Assembly: GCA_018433585.1 (NCBI GenBank)
Contig: JAHDQW010000005.1
Location: 113,059 to 177,058 of the forward strand
DNA from: Candidatus Praeruminimicrobium purgamenti
GTDB taxonomy: Bacteria; Elusimicrobiota; Endomicrobiia; Endomicrobiales; Endomicrobiaceae
Direction of reading: 5' to 3'
DNA: 64,000 bases
Position numbers and translations under genes: made by a program. Under the pieces are notes generated by a model. That model was not told the origin of the DNA. It searched no databases and saw nothing but the letters and a program-made list of their open reading frames with translations. Shown here in pieces: positions 20,709-29,939 of this stretch (position 1 is its first letter; each line of letters starts with the position of its first letter).

Positions 20709-21215
20709 TTATTTCTTGTTTATTGCCGCTTGAGCTTCAGGACTGCCGAGCTCTGCCGCTTTTTTTAAATATTCTTCCGACTTTTCTTTATCTCCGTTTT
20801 CACCGTAAATTACGCCGGCCATGTAAAAAGCTCCCTCATGAGCAGGGTTAACTTCCGTAAGCTTTTGGAACATTTTTAATGAATTTTCGTTATCGCCGTT
20901 CTTTTTATAATACATTCCCAAATCATATAAAGCAGGCTGACAGCTGTCAGACGCTTCAATAGCTTTTTTATAATAACTTATCTCTTCTTCGTATTTACCG
21001 GTAATACCGTAACACAAGCCGGCATTGTAAAGAGCATTTGCTATAATATCTTTATCTTTTTCTGTTGTTGCCGCCGCATTAAACAAAGCTATTGCCTGCT
21101 CGTATTGTTTATTTTTTGCAGCTTCTATGCCTTTTTTATAATCTGACACCGGAACCTGTTGCGCGCAAGCCGCCGCAAAAAGAGACACTAAAAACAAACT
21201 TAAAAATTTTTTCAT
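20709..21215 (-). CDS. TPR-repeat lipoprotein
   Basis: MKKFLSLFLVSLFAAAC lipobox preceded by a GGAGG SD, so I prefer the start at 21215 over 21263. TPR repeats run throughout. Confidence 0.7.
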   Translation of the reverse strand: MKKFLSLFLVSLFAAACAQQVPVSDYKKGIEAAKNKQYEQAIALFNAAATTEKDKDIIANALYNAGLCYGITGKYEEEISYYKKAIEASDSCQPALYDLGMYYKKNGDNENSLKMFQKLTEVNPAHEGAFYMAGVIYGENGDKEKSEEYLKKAAELGSPEAQAAINKK

Positions 21216-21229
21216 TTTTCCTCCGGACA

Positions 21230-22567
21230 TCATTTTTTGAATTTGAATTTTGACAAATTCCAAACATTAATATCTTCCATGCACAAATAAACAGGAACTT
21301 TTTCGCTGCGCATTCTTATTTGTTCAAGCAAACAGCGGTAAAGACTGATTCTCAGGGACGTTTCATATCTTAACTTACCGTCATGAGATAACAGCAATTC
21401 TTCATCAAGAATTGTGTTCTCTACAAATCTGTTTTCTATTACTTTTTTTAAAGCTGCAGGCATTCTTAAAGAACCTATGCTTATCCATTTTATATATTTT
21501 CCATCTATAAAATCAAATATGTCATCTATGGTTTTTTTATAGCCTTGTTCCCAGCCCGAGTAAAATATCACCGGATCAAAATGAAAGCCGACACTGTATC
21601 CCGCCTGGACGCATTTTTTTGCCGCAAGAAGCCTGTCCTTAAGCTTTGGAGCGCAGTGCTCGTTTTCCTCTATCATTTTTTCGCTGTTTACAGACCAAGA
21701 GACTACAATATTGCTGCTCCCGCCGAGCTTCAGCAAATTGTCAATATTTACGCTTTTCGTTTTAAATTCAAAACAAATATTTTTGTTTTTCTTAAAAAAT
21801 CCGACAATCTCATTTGAAAAAAGAGTAATATCGTCAAACAGCAGCGAGTCCGTAAATTCTCCGCTGCCTGTTCTGGGCAAATCAAAAAGATTATTGTTTA
21901 CAGGTTTAATTTTATCAATATCAAGAAACTCCGATATATTGCAAGGCAAAACTATTCCGGAGACATTCTGGTATCCCTGCAAAAAACAGTAACTGCATTC
22001 GTAAAGACAGCCGTAGCCTGTATTTAAAATTGAATAATTGCAGCAAAATACATTTTTAGTACACGGACAAGGTTTGAAAAAATCGTATTTTTCATTTATC
22101 AGAAATAAATTTTCTTTTCTTTTATTATAACCGCTGACAGAAAATTTATTTTCGCGCAAAAAACTTTTCAATGATTCTATTTCGCAGAAAATTGCGTCCG
22201 GATATAAAGTTTTTATTCTGCAGTAAAGGTTTGAATTTATTACGTCTTTCGTATAATAAATATTTTTCGGATAAAAATTTTTATTTTTCAAATCGGCTTT
22301 TTCATCAGCATTTATATTAATATCAGGCAGATAAAAACTGTTTTTTGGAATAACGCCGTATGTTTTCGGATATCTTCTTTTTAACAAAGAGTTTTTAACT
22401 TTTTCATAATCAAATTCTTCAATTCGCTTTATTATGTCTTCGAAATCTGCCTTTTCTCTCTTTGAGATTTCAAATACCAGCCTGCTTAATTCTCTTGTTT
22501 TATTTATCCCGAAAAAAGGAAATTTGTTTTTTAAACTCTGGATTATATCTGTAACGGTGTTATACAT
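21230..22567 (-). CDS. spore-photoproduct-lyase-family radical SAM protein with ~95-aa N-terminal extension
   Basis: 445 aa. Radical SAM cluster C187-x3-C191-x2-C194 in GCLYECSYCFLQGY. The downstream similarity pattern to SplB includes AGYSVGFHFDPVI and GWEQGY. Confidence 0.7.
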   Translation of the reverse strand: MYNTVTDIIQSLKNKFPFFGINKTRELSRLVFEISKREKADFEDIIKRIEEFDYEKVKNSLLKRRYPKTYGVIPKNSFYLPDININADEKADLKNKNFYPKNIYYTKDVINSNLYCRIKTLYPDAIFCEIESLKSFLRENKFSVSGYNKRKENLFLINEKYDFFKPCPCTKNVFCCNYSILNTGYGCLYECSYCFLQGYQNVSGIVLPCNISEFLDIDKIKPVNNNLFDLPRTGSGEFTDSLLFDDITLFSNEIVGFFKKNKNICFEFKTKSVNIDNLLKLGGSSNIVVSWSVNSEKMIEENEHCAPKLKDRLLAAKKCVQAGYSVGFHFDPVIFYSGWEQGYKKTIDDIFDFIDGKYIKWISIGSLRMPAALKKVIENRFVENTILDEELLLSHDGKLRYETSLRISLYRCLLEQIRMRSEKVPVYLCMEDINVWNLSKFKFKK

Positions 22568-23258
22568 TATTTATGAAATCGCATATTGATTTTGCAAGGG
22601 ATTGCCTTGAACGCAGCAGCTTTTCTTTTTGAGCGTCTTCCATCTGGTTGTCAAAAAGCTCCGCAGAAGTTATATGGTCTGTAACATACAACAAAGCTAT
22701 TGCTTTTCTGTTAATCGATGAAGCGGCAGAAAAGACAAGGGAACATTCCATATCAACGGCATTTATTTTGTTTTTTTCGAACCAGTCATTATAGGCTTTC
22801 TCTAAAAGTATAGAACTTGTCGTTGCGCATTTAACCTGCAAGACATTATCGTCCGGATTTTTAGATAAGAAATCTTCAAACAGCATTGTTGAAGGATAAT
22901 AAGCGTCGGGAGTGCGCTTCATTTCAAGCATTTCCGAAAAACTCTCGAAATTAAAAACTTTTTTTACAATAATTTTATCGGCTATTTTAATGTCGCCCAC
23001 GCCTCCGCAGCTGCCGAATAAAATAACGTTTTCACAAGGAGTGTTTTTTAACTGCAGAATAATATCTCCGACCAAAAAATTATTCTTAGTGGAGATTATC
23101 GTAGCCTTTTCATAGTTTATTATTCTTGCAAATAAACCGCTGTATTGTTTTGAATTCCCGAGGCAGGTAAATAAAGTATGGTCCGAAACAGGACAAATTA
23201 TGCAGTTTTTTCTTATTTCCTGCAGCTCTATGCCAAAATAATATGATATTTCTGCCAT
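22560..23258 (-). CDS. PNP_UDP_1-family nucleoside phosphorylase/nucleosidase-like protein
   Basis: 232 aa with FGSCGGVGD, VDMECSLVFSAA and YVTDHI motifs. Its stop overlaps the SPL-like gene start by 8 nt. Confidence 0.6.
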   Translation of the reverse strand: MAEISYYFGIELQEIRKNCIICPVSDHTLFTCLGNSKQYSGLFARIINYEKATIISTKNNFLVGDIILQLKNTPCENVILFGSCGGVGDIKIADKIIVKKVFNFESFSEMLEMKRTPDAYYPSTMLFEDFLSKNPDDNVLQVKCATTSSILLEKAYNDWFEKNKINAVDMECSLVFSAASSINRKAIALLYVTDHITSAELFDNQMEDAQKEKLLRSRQSLAKSICDFINNV

Positions 23259-23276
23259 AATATTTTTTTTACTTCC

Positions 23277-23528
23277 TTAAATACCGCAACAACCTCCGCA
23301 TCCGCCTGACGCTTTCTTGGACATACAGCTGTTTGCCGATGATGAAGAACAGCATCCGTTATGATGGTGGTGCGAAGATTTTGAATTATTTGAAGCAAAC
23401 GTCGAAAATTGTTTTTTTACGTCTTTGCTTTTGCAGGAAGGACATTCCACTGTTTCGTTATCTATTGAAAAAACTATTTTTTCAAATTGTTTTCCGCATT
23501 TCCCGCAAACAAACTCAAACAATGGCAT
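23277..23528 (-). CDS. FmdB-family zinc-ribbon protein
   Basis: 83 aa. MPLFEFVCGKCG...CPSCKS (CxxC...CxxC) with a Ser/His/Cys/Gly-rich tail. Confidence 0.8.
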   Translation of the reverse strand: MPLFEFVCGKCGKQFEKIVFSIDNETVECPSCKSKDVKKQFSTFASNNSKSSHHHHNGCCSSSSANSCMSKKASGGCGGCCGI

Positions 23529-23529
23529 T

Positions 23530-25215
23530 TTATTTCCCCTGTGACCGTTCTACGTTTACTTTATGACCTTTAATATTGCTGTTGTTCAAAGATTCTATGA
23601 CTTTATTGGCGTGTTCGTTCGGAACTTCGACAAAAGAATATTTGTCGAGAATATCTATGCTTCCGACTATTTCGCCGTTTAACCCGGTTTCTCCTGCAAT
23701 AGCCCCTACAAAATCACCCGGTCTTACTTTCTTGTTTTTACCTATGCTTATAAAAAGTCTTGTCATTCCCGGCTCAGGAGTATTTCCTCTTTTATGTCCT
23801 TTTTCTCTTCCTGATTTATTTCTGTCCCTGCCGTTCCTGTTTCTGTCTCTGTTCCTGTCTCCGAAGACTTCGGCGCTTGAAGGGTTAACAAACAAATCTA
23901 TATCAGAATTTTGTTTTTCGACATTCTGATCTTTCAACATCATTTCAAAAAGAGTTGCGGCTACATCTATCGATGTAATATCGCCGGTAATTAACGATTC
24001 TATTTTGCTGACGTATTTTTCGGAAGTATTTTTTTTGATATTTTCTTTTAATTTTTCCATAAATGAAGATATTCTGATGTTTTCAACATCTGCCAGCGAA
24101 GGCACAGGAACTCTTTGTATTGCAACTTTTGTATATCTTTGAATATCTCTGAGTTTGTAAATATCTCTTCCTGAAACAAAACTGAATGCTCTTCCTGTTC
24201 TGCCGGCTCTTCCCGTTCTGCCTATTCTATGGACATAAGCTTCTATATCCTGAGGAATATCATAATTAAAAACGGCATCTACGTCATCGACATCTATGCC
24301 TCTTGCCGCAACATCCGTAGCCACAAGTATTTCTATTTTACATGCTCTGAATTTTGCCATAACTCTGTCTCTTTGAGTCTGGTTCATATCGCCGTGTATC
24401 GCATCGACAGAATATCCCCTTACCTGTAAATTGGAACAAACTTCGTCAACTTTTCTTTTTGTATTGCAGAATATCAATGAAAGTTTAGGATCATACATAT
24501 CAAGACATCTTGCCAGCGCTTCTAATTTCTGCTGTTCTCTGACTTCGCAATAAAGCTGCTCCGTTAAAGGAACCGTAAGTTTTTCATGAACAACTTTAAT
24601 GTTTTCAGGATGAACCTGATATCTTCTTGTTAGAGCCAAAAATTCTTTAGGCATTGTGGCAGAAAAAAATACAGTCTGCCTTTCTTCAGGAAGGCTCTTA
24701 AGAATTAACTCTATATCGTCTCTGAAACCCATATCCAGCATTTCATCGGCTTCATCAAGAACAACTACTTTCGTATCGGCAAGCTTTAATGTTTTCCTTT
24801 CTATATGGTCTATTATTCTTCCAGGAGTTCCTATTATTATATGTGCGCCGCGTGAAAGAGCAGCCATTTGTCTTACGATAGGCTGTCCTCCGTAAACAGG
24901 AACTATATTCAAACCTTTCTTATATTTAGACAAAAGTTTCAATTCTTCAGCAACCTGTATGGCTAACTCTCTTGTAGGACACATTATAAGAGCCTGCGTT
25001 GCTCTTATTTTAGACGTCACTTTTTCAAGCAGAGGAATGCCGAAAGCGGCAGTTTTGCCTGTACCTGTCTGCGCCTGCCCTATAATATCAAGACCTTCTA
25101 TCATTTTAGGTATTGCCAAAGACTGTATCGGAGTAGCTTCTTCAAACCCCATATCAGCAACAGCTTTCAATATTTCTGCCGACAAATTTAATTCAGTAAA
25201 CTTCAATTTATCCAT
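23530..25215 (-). CDS. DEAD-box ATP-dependent RNA helicase with C-terminal DbpA-type RNA-binding domain
   Basis: 561 aa with AQTGTGKT, DEAD, SAT and HRIGRTGRAG motifs. An R/D/N-rich linker precedes the C-terminal domain. Confidence 0.92.
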   Translation of the reverse strand: MDKLKFTELNLSAEILKAVADMGFEEATPIQSLAIPKMIEGLDIIGQAQTGTGKTAAFGIPLLEKVTSKIRATQALIMCPTRELAIQVAEELKLLSKYKKGLNIVPVYGGQPIVRQMAALSRGAHIIIGTPGRIIDHIERKTLKLADTKVVVLDEADEMLDMGFRDDIELILKSLPEERQTVFFSATMPKEFLALTRRYQVHPENIKVVHEKLTVPLTEQLYCEVREQQKLEALARCLDMYDPKLSLIFCNTKRKVDEVCSNLQVRGYSVDAIHGDMNQTQRDRVMAKFRACKIEILVATDVAARGIDVDDVDAVFNYDIPQDIEAYVHRIGRTGRAGRTGRAFSFVSGRDIYKLRDIQRYTKVAIQRVPVPSLADVENIRISSFMEKLKENIKKNTSEKYVSKIESLITGDITSIDVAATLFEMMLKDQNVEKQNSDIDLFVNPSSAEVFGDRNRDRNRNGRDRNKSGREKGHKRGNTPEPGMTRLFISIGKNKKVRPGDFVGAIAGETGLNGEIVGSIDILDKYSFVEVPNEHANKVIESLNNSNIKGHKVNVERSQGK

Positions 25216-25221
25216 AAAACC

Positions 25222-25695
25222 TCATCTCAAATTTATTATTTTCTTTGCTTCTTCCAAATCTATATCCGTATCACAGCATCCGTCTTTCAGTAAAGGGATA
25301 AACTGAACTAGTATCTTTTCTTTATCAGTCATTTTTATAGCCTGCGCTCCTTCAAAAAAACACGCTATCCCTATAACAGCTTTCGGTTTTTCTGTTTTCA
25401 AAATATTATGTATGGCTTTACCGCCTTTCATAATATAAAATTTTTTATATCCGAGTTCTTTTGAAAGAGTGAATATATCCGCTATTTTACATCCCCTGCA
25501 CTGAACGCATGAATAGTAGCTCCCCTCGTCTTTTGCTTTGCACATTTTAGTGTTTCTCATGCAATGGGGAACAAAAATAATTCTGTCTGAAAAATCAACA
25601 GATTTAAACCTTTCAGCCATCGATTTATTTTTTCTGCTTATGAAATTCCGATAGTTGTTTTTATTTATTTTTTTAAAAGCTAAACATATATCCAT
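25222..25695 (-). CDS. DUF116-family Cys-rich protein
   Basis: FVPHCMR...C..C..C and VIGIACFFEG motifs. The true start may be the internal MAERFK (about 25620). Confidence 0.65.
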   Translation of the reverse strand: MDICLAFKKINKNNYRNFISRKNKSMAERFKSVDFSDRIIFVPHCMRNTKMCKAKDEGSYYSCVQCRGCKIADIFTLSKELGYKKFYIMKGGKAIHNILKTEKPKAVIGIACFFEGAQAIKMTDKEKILVQFIPLLKDGCCDTDIDLEEAKKIINLR

Positions 25696-25764
25696 TACAT
25701 TAGGACTTTATCAAATATTGATATAAAAATCAATTACAATTAAATTTTCATACATATTAATTAC

Positions 25765-25793
25765 TTGATTTTTCATATGTGAGTTGATATAAT
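25765..25793 (+). promoter_or_regulatory. candidate sigma70-type promoter for thiE-thiC
   Basis: TTGATT (25765-25770), 17-nt spacer, TATAAT (25788-25793), 38 nt upstream of the thiE ATG. Confidence 0.4.
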
Positions 25794-25831
25794 GAAAAAT
25801 TGTATAAATTTATTTTGCTGATGATTAGAAA

Positions 25832-26476
25832 ATGTTATTTAAAAAAATAAAACTTTTATGTATTACATGTCCGAGAGAGGATATTCCTTATCAGGAACAG
25901 GTTGAACTCGCATGCATGGGCGGAGCCGACATGATTCAGTTCAGAGATAAAAGTTTGTCAGATATTGATTTATTCAATATTTCTGTGATTTTGCAGCAAA
26001 TCTGCAGAAAACACAATGTTTATTTTACGGTAAATAACAGAATAGACATTGCAGATATTTCAAATGCTGACGGAGTTCATATAGGACAAAGCGATTTGCC
26101 GACGGAATATGCCAGAAAGACTTTAGGCAGTTCAAAAATTATAGGGCTTTCGGCATCTACATATGAGCAAATTATAAATGCGGCAAAACAACCTGTTGAT
26201 TATATAGGGTACGGAGCTGTTTTTGCAACAATAACAAAGCCGGAATCGCAGGAAAGAGGACTGGATATTTTGTCTGCGGTAAAAAGGCAGAACTCGGTTA
26301 AAGCGCCGATAATTGCAATAGGCGGAATAGATAAAACAAATGTTGCCGACGTAATACGCGCAGGAGCAGACGGAGTTGCGGTTGTAAGAGCAGTATGCGG
26401 AGCAAAAGACATACAAAAAGAAGCCGAAAAAATAAAGAAAATAATACTTCAGACGGAACAGGAAGAAAGGATATAA
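25832..26476 (+). CDS. thiE: thiamine-phosphate synthase
   Basis: 214 aa with GGADMIQFRDK, GVHIGQSD and IAIGGI motifs. Confidence 0.9.
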   Translation: MLFKKIKLLCITCPREDIPYQEQVELACMGGADMIQFRDKSLSDIDLFNISVILQQICRKHNVYFTVNNRIDIADISNADGVHIGQSDLPTEYARKTLGSSKIIGLSASTYEQIINAAKQPVDYIGYGAVFATITKPESQERGLDILSAVKRQNSVKAPIIAIGGIDKTNVADVIRAGADGVAVVRAVCGAKDIQKEAEKIKKIILQTEQEERI

Positions 26477-26478
26477 AG

Positions 26479-27747
26479 ATGGGCTTAATTGACAGCGCAA
26501 AGAAGAACATACTTACAAAAGAAATATCGGAAGTCGCAGATTACGAAAAAGTTTCTGAAGATACTATAATCAGAGGAATAAAAGACGGAACTGTCGTAAT
26601 CCCTAAAAACATTAAAAGAACTTTAAAAAGAGCCGTTGCCGTAGGGCAGGGCCTTAAAACAAAAGTCAACGCCAACCTCGGAACTTCTCCAGACCATATA
26701 TCAATAGAAGAAGAAATCGAAAAAATGAAAATAGCCGTTGAAGCTGGGGCAGACGCGATAATGGATTTATCCACCGGCGGCAATTTAATAGAAATAAGAA
26801 AAGAAATTCTCGCACAGTGTCCTGTTTGCGTAGGAACAGTGCCTGTATACCAAGCAGCTTGCCAAACCGTTAAACAAAAGAAAAAAATATCCCAAATGGA
26901 TCCTGAACTTATGTTTGACGTAATAGAAGAGCAGGCCGAGCAGGGCGTAGACTTTATGACGATTCATTGCGGCGTCAACAGAGAAACCGTTGAAGTTTTG
27001 AAAAGACAGCCGAGACATATAGGAGTCGTAAGCAGGGGCGGTTCTTTTCTTGTAAAGTGGATAAACGCCAACAACAAAGAAAACCCTTACTATGAGCAGT
27101 ATGACAGACTTTTAAAAATAGCAAAAAAATATGACATCACTCTGAGTCTAGGAGACGGATTCAGACCGGGATGCTCCTTTGACGCTTCAGACGGACCTCA
27201 GTTATCTGAATTGTCTATACTCGGAGACCTTGTCTTAAGAGCAAGAAAAGAAGGCGTACAGACAATGATAGAAGGCCCGGGACACATGCCTTTGGACCAG
27301 ATACAGGCCAACGTATTATTGGCAAAAAGGCTCGGACACAATGCTCCGCTGTATTTTCTAGGACCTCTTGTAACCGATATAGCGCCCGGATATGATCATA
27401 TAACATCTGCCATAGGAGGAGCATTGGCCGCTTCTTACGGAGTTGATTTTATATGTTATGTAACGCCGGCAGAACATTTGAGACTTCCTAACGCGCAGGA
27501 TGTCCGCGACGGAGTCATAGCAGCAAGAATCGCAGGACACAGCGCCGACATAGTAAAGAATGTGGCAGGAGCAAGACAGCAGGATTTTGAAATATCAAAA
27601 TGGAGAAAAGAAAGAAATTGGGACAAACAAAGAGAATTTTCCATTGATCCTATAAAATTTGAAAAGGAAAGAGCCAAGTTACTGCCTAAGCACAACGACG
27701 TTTGCACAATGTGCGGAGAATTTTGCTCAATGAAAGAAGAATTATGA
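26479..27747 (+). CDS. thiC: phosphomethylpyrimidine synthase
   Basis: From ATG 26479: MGLIDSAKKNILT...NANLGTS...MDLSTGG...CTMCGEFCS. The track start 26395 lies inside thiE and is an artefact. Confidence 0.93.
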   Translation: MGLIDSAKKNILTKEISEVADYEKVSEDTIIRGIKDGTVVIPKNIKRTLKRAVAVGQGLKTKVNANLGTSPDHISIEEEIEKMKIAVEAGADAIMDLSTGGNLIEIRKEILAQCPVCVGTVPVYQAACQTVKQKKKISQMDPELMFDVIEEQAEQGVDFMTIHCGVNRETVEVLKRQPRHIGVVSRGGSFLVKWINANNKENPYYEQYDRLLKIAKKYDITLSLGDGFRPGCSFDASDGPQLSELSILGDLVLRARKEGVQTMIEGPGHMPLDQIQANVLLAKRLGHNAPLYFLGPLVTDIAPGYDHITSAIGGALAASYGVDFICYVTPAEHLRLPNAQDVRDGVIAARIAGHSADIVKNVAGARQQDFEISKWRKERNWDKQREFSIDPIKFEKERAKLLPKHNDVCTMCGEFCSMKEEL

Positions 27748-28664
27748 AAAAAATCAGAATCAGAGTTCCAGCTACAACAGCAAATTTAGGACCGGGGTTT
27801 GATATTTTCGGAGCCTCTTTATCAATCTATAACGAATTGGAAATATCTTTGTCGTCAGATCCTAAAAAAGCAAAATTTGTCATAGTCGGCGAAGGCAAGA
27901 AAATATTGCCGAAAAACGAAAAAAATATTCTCTGGAAAGCGATGGACGCAGTTTTCGGTCTTTTGGACGTAAGCGATAAATATACGCTTTCAAGTTTTAA
28001 CATTAAATTAACGAACAATATACCTTTAAGCTCAGGACTCGGTTCTTCATCAGCCGCAAGAACTGCCGGCATTGTTGCGGCAAACGCAATATGCGGAAAT
28101 AAACTGACGAAATCTGAAATGCTTGATCTCGGAATAAAACTCGAAGGACACCCCGACAATATAGTTCCTGCGTTTTACGGCGGAGTTTGTATTTCAATAA
28201 GCGGACCGGAAGACAAATTTGAAGTTGTTAAACTGCCTATACCTAAGATGCAGGCGGTTGTCTGCACTCCCGGCTTTGAACTCGCTACCGAAAGATCAAG
28301 AAATATTCTGCCTAAAAAATATGATATAAAAGATATAACTTTCAACGGTGCAAGAATAGCTCTGTTAACAAAAGCTTTTTGCACAAACGATTTTAAATTA
28401 CTTGAACAGGCGATGCAGGACAAAATACATCAGCCTTACAGGGCAAAATTAATACCTGTTATGCAGGAATTAATCTCTTCTGCCGTTAAAGCAGGAGCAT
28501 ACGGAGCCTGTCTTTCAGGTTCAGGGCCGTCAATGATTGCATTCTGCAATTCAAAGAAAGCCAAAGAAATATCGAAGGTTATGGCCGGAGTATGGAAAAA
28601 AGAGACCGTGCCTGTAAAACAGTTTATCCTTGATTTTGACGGAGACGGCGTAAAGATAATTTAA
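27744..28664 (+). CDS. thrB: homoserine kinase
   Basis: From ATG 27744 (ATGA overlap with the thiC stop): MKKIRIRVPATTANLGPGFD, with GHMP motif PLSSGLGSSSA. Confidence 0.9.
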   Translation: MKKIRIRVPATTANLGPGFDIFGASLSIYNELEISLSSDPKKAKFVIVGEGKKILPKNEKNILWKAMDAVFGLLDVSDKYTLSSFNIKLTNNIPLSSGLGSSSAARTAGIVAANAICGNKLTKSEMLDLGIKLEGHPDNIVPAFYGGVCISISGPEDKFEVVKLPIPKMQAVVCTPGFELATERSRNILPKKYDIKDITFNGARIALLTKAFCTNDFKLLEQAMQDKIHQPYRAKLIPVMQELISSAVKAGAYGACLSGSGPSMIAFCNSKKAKEISKVMAGVWKKETVPVKQFILDFDGDGVKII

Positions 28665-28679
28665 AAGTGGAGAAGTGCT

Positions 28680-29909
28680 ATGGCATTAATAGTTATGAAG
28701 TTTGGCGGATCCTCAGTAGCAGACAGTGAAAAAATTAAGCATGTTGCAGGAAAAATTATTGCCAAAAAGAAAGGCGGCAACAAAATTGTCGTTGTTGTTT
28801 CTGCCCCGGGCGATATGACGGATGATTTAATCACAATGAGTGAAAAAATAACGTCCGAACCTAATCCTAGAGAAATGGATTTGCTGTTGTCTACCGGTGA
28901 ACAAGTATCAATTTCGCTTCTTGCAATGGCAATACAGTCGATGGGACACGGCGCGGTAGCTTTGACAGGTCCGCAGGCAGGTATTTTCACAGACAGCGAA
29001 CATTTAAAAGCAAGAGTAGAAAAAATTATTCCTAAAAAGATTTTTTCTTTTTTAGATAAAGGAAATATTGTCATTGTAGCCGGTTTTCAGGGATTGAATC
29101 CAAACAACGATATTGCAACGCTCGGAAGAGGCGGTTCCGACCTGACGGCAGTGGCTCTTGCAGCCCAGATGGAAGCAAATATATGTGAAATATATACTGA
29201 TGTCGAAGGAGTGTTTACAACAGATCCGAGAGTAGTTAAAGATGCGACAAAAATAGATACCATCTCTTATGAGGAAATGCTCGAAATGGCAGGTTCCGGC
29301 GCACAGGTAATGCAGGCAAGAAGCATAGAAGTTGCAAAAAAGTACGGTATTGAGATACATGTCAGATCAACGTTTTCGGAAAAAGAAGGAACATATATAG
29401 TAAGCGAAGAAAAAATCGGGAGGAAAAAAATGGAAGCTCTTATGGTTTCAGCAGTAACATTTGACAAAAATCAAGTTAAATTTTCACTAATAGATTTGCC
29501 GGATATTCCGGGAATGGCGGCAAAAATTTTCGGAAGCCTTGCAAAGCTTGGAATTAACGTGGACATGATTATTCAGTCTGCTGCTCTTGACAAGAAAAAC
29601 GATATTTCCTTCACCGTAAGCAAAGCGGATTTGAAAAGAACCCAGATGAAAATAGACCAGCTTGCAAAAGAATTGAAAGCCCAGTCTGTAGTATGCGACG
29701 AACACGTTGCAAAAGTTTCAGTAGTCGGCGTAGGAATGAAAAGCCATGCCGGCGTAGCATCAAAAATGTTTGAGATTCTGGCAAAGAACGACATCAATAT
29801 CGAAATGATTTCTACAAGCGAAATTAAAGTTTCATGCGTTATAGACGAAGTTGATTTAAACAAAGCCTTAGCTGAACTTCACAAAGGGTTTAAGCTGAAT
29901 AAAAAATAA
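28680..29909 (+). CDS. lysC: aspartate kinase
   Basis: 409 aa. IVMKFGGSSV, GRGGSD, and two C-terminal ACT domains. Confidence 0.92.
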   Translation: MALIVMKFGGSSVADSEKIKHVAGKIIAKKKGGNKIVVVVSAPGDMTDDLITMSEKITSEPNPREMDLLLSTGEQVSISLLAMAIQSMGHGAVALTGPQAGIFTDSEHLKARVEKIIPKKIFSFLDKGNIVIVAGFQGLNPNNDIATLGRGGSDLTAVALAAQMEANICEIYTDVEGVFTTDPRVVKDATKIDTISYEEMLEMAGSGAQVMQARSIEVAKKYGIEIHVRSTFSEKEGTYIVSEEKIGRKKMEALMVSAVTFDKNQVKFSLIDLPDIPGMAAKIFGSLAKLGINVDMIIQSAALDKKNDISFTVSKADLKRTQMKIDQLAKELKAQSVVCDEHVAKVSVVGVGMKSHAGVASKMFEILAKNDINIEMISTSEIKVSCVIDEVDLNKALAELHKGFKLNKK

Positions 29910-29939
29910 TAATCAGCAAAGGCAGGAGTTACCGCCAAG

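Noticed and set aside
23277-23400. His4/Cys/Ser-rich tail of the FmdB zinc-ribbon protein, considered as a possible metal-binding or RiPP-like peptide.
   Set aside because: Ser/Gly/Cys-rich C-terminal tails are a known feature of this zinc-ribbon family, and no modifying enzymes are adjacent.
26395-26478. Track start of thiC at 26395, overlapping thiE by 82 nt.
   Set aside because: The extension is an alternative-frame read of the thiE 3' end (MRSKRHTKRSRKNKENN...). ThiC homology begins at ATG 26479, directly after the thiE stop.
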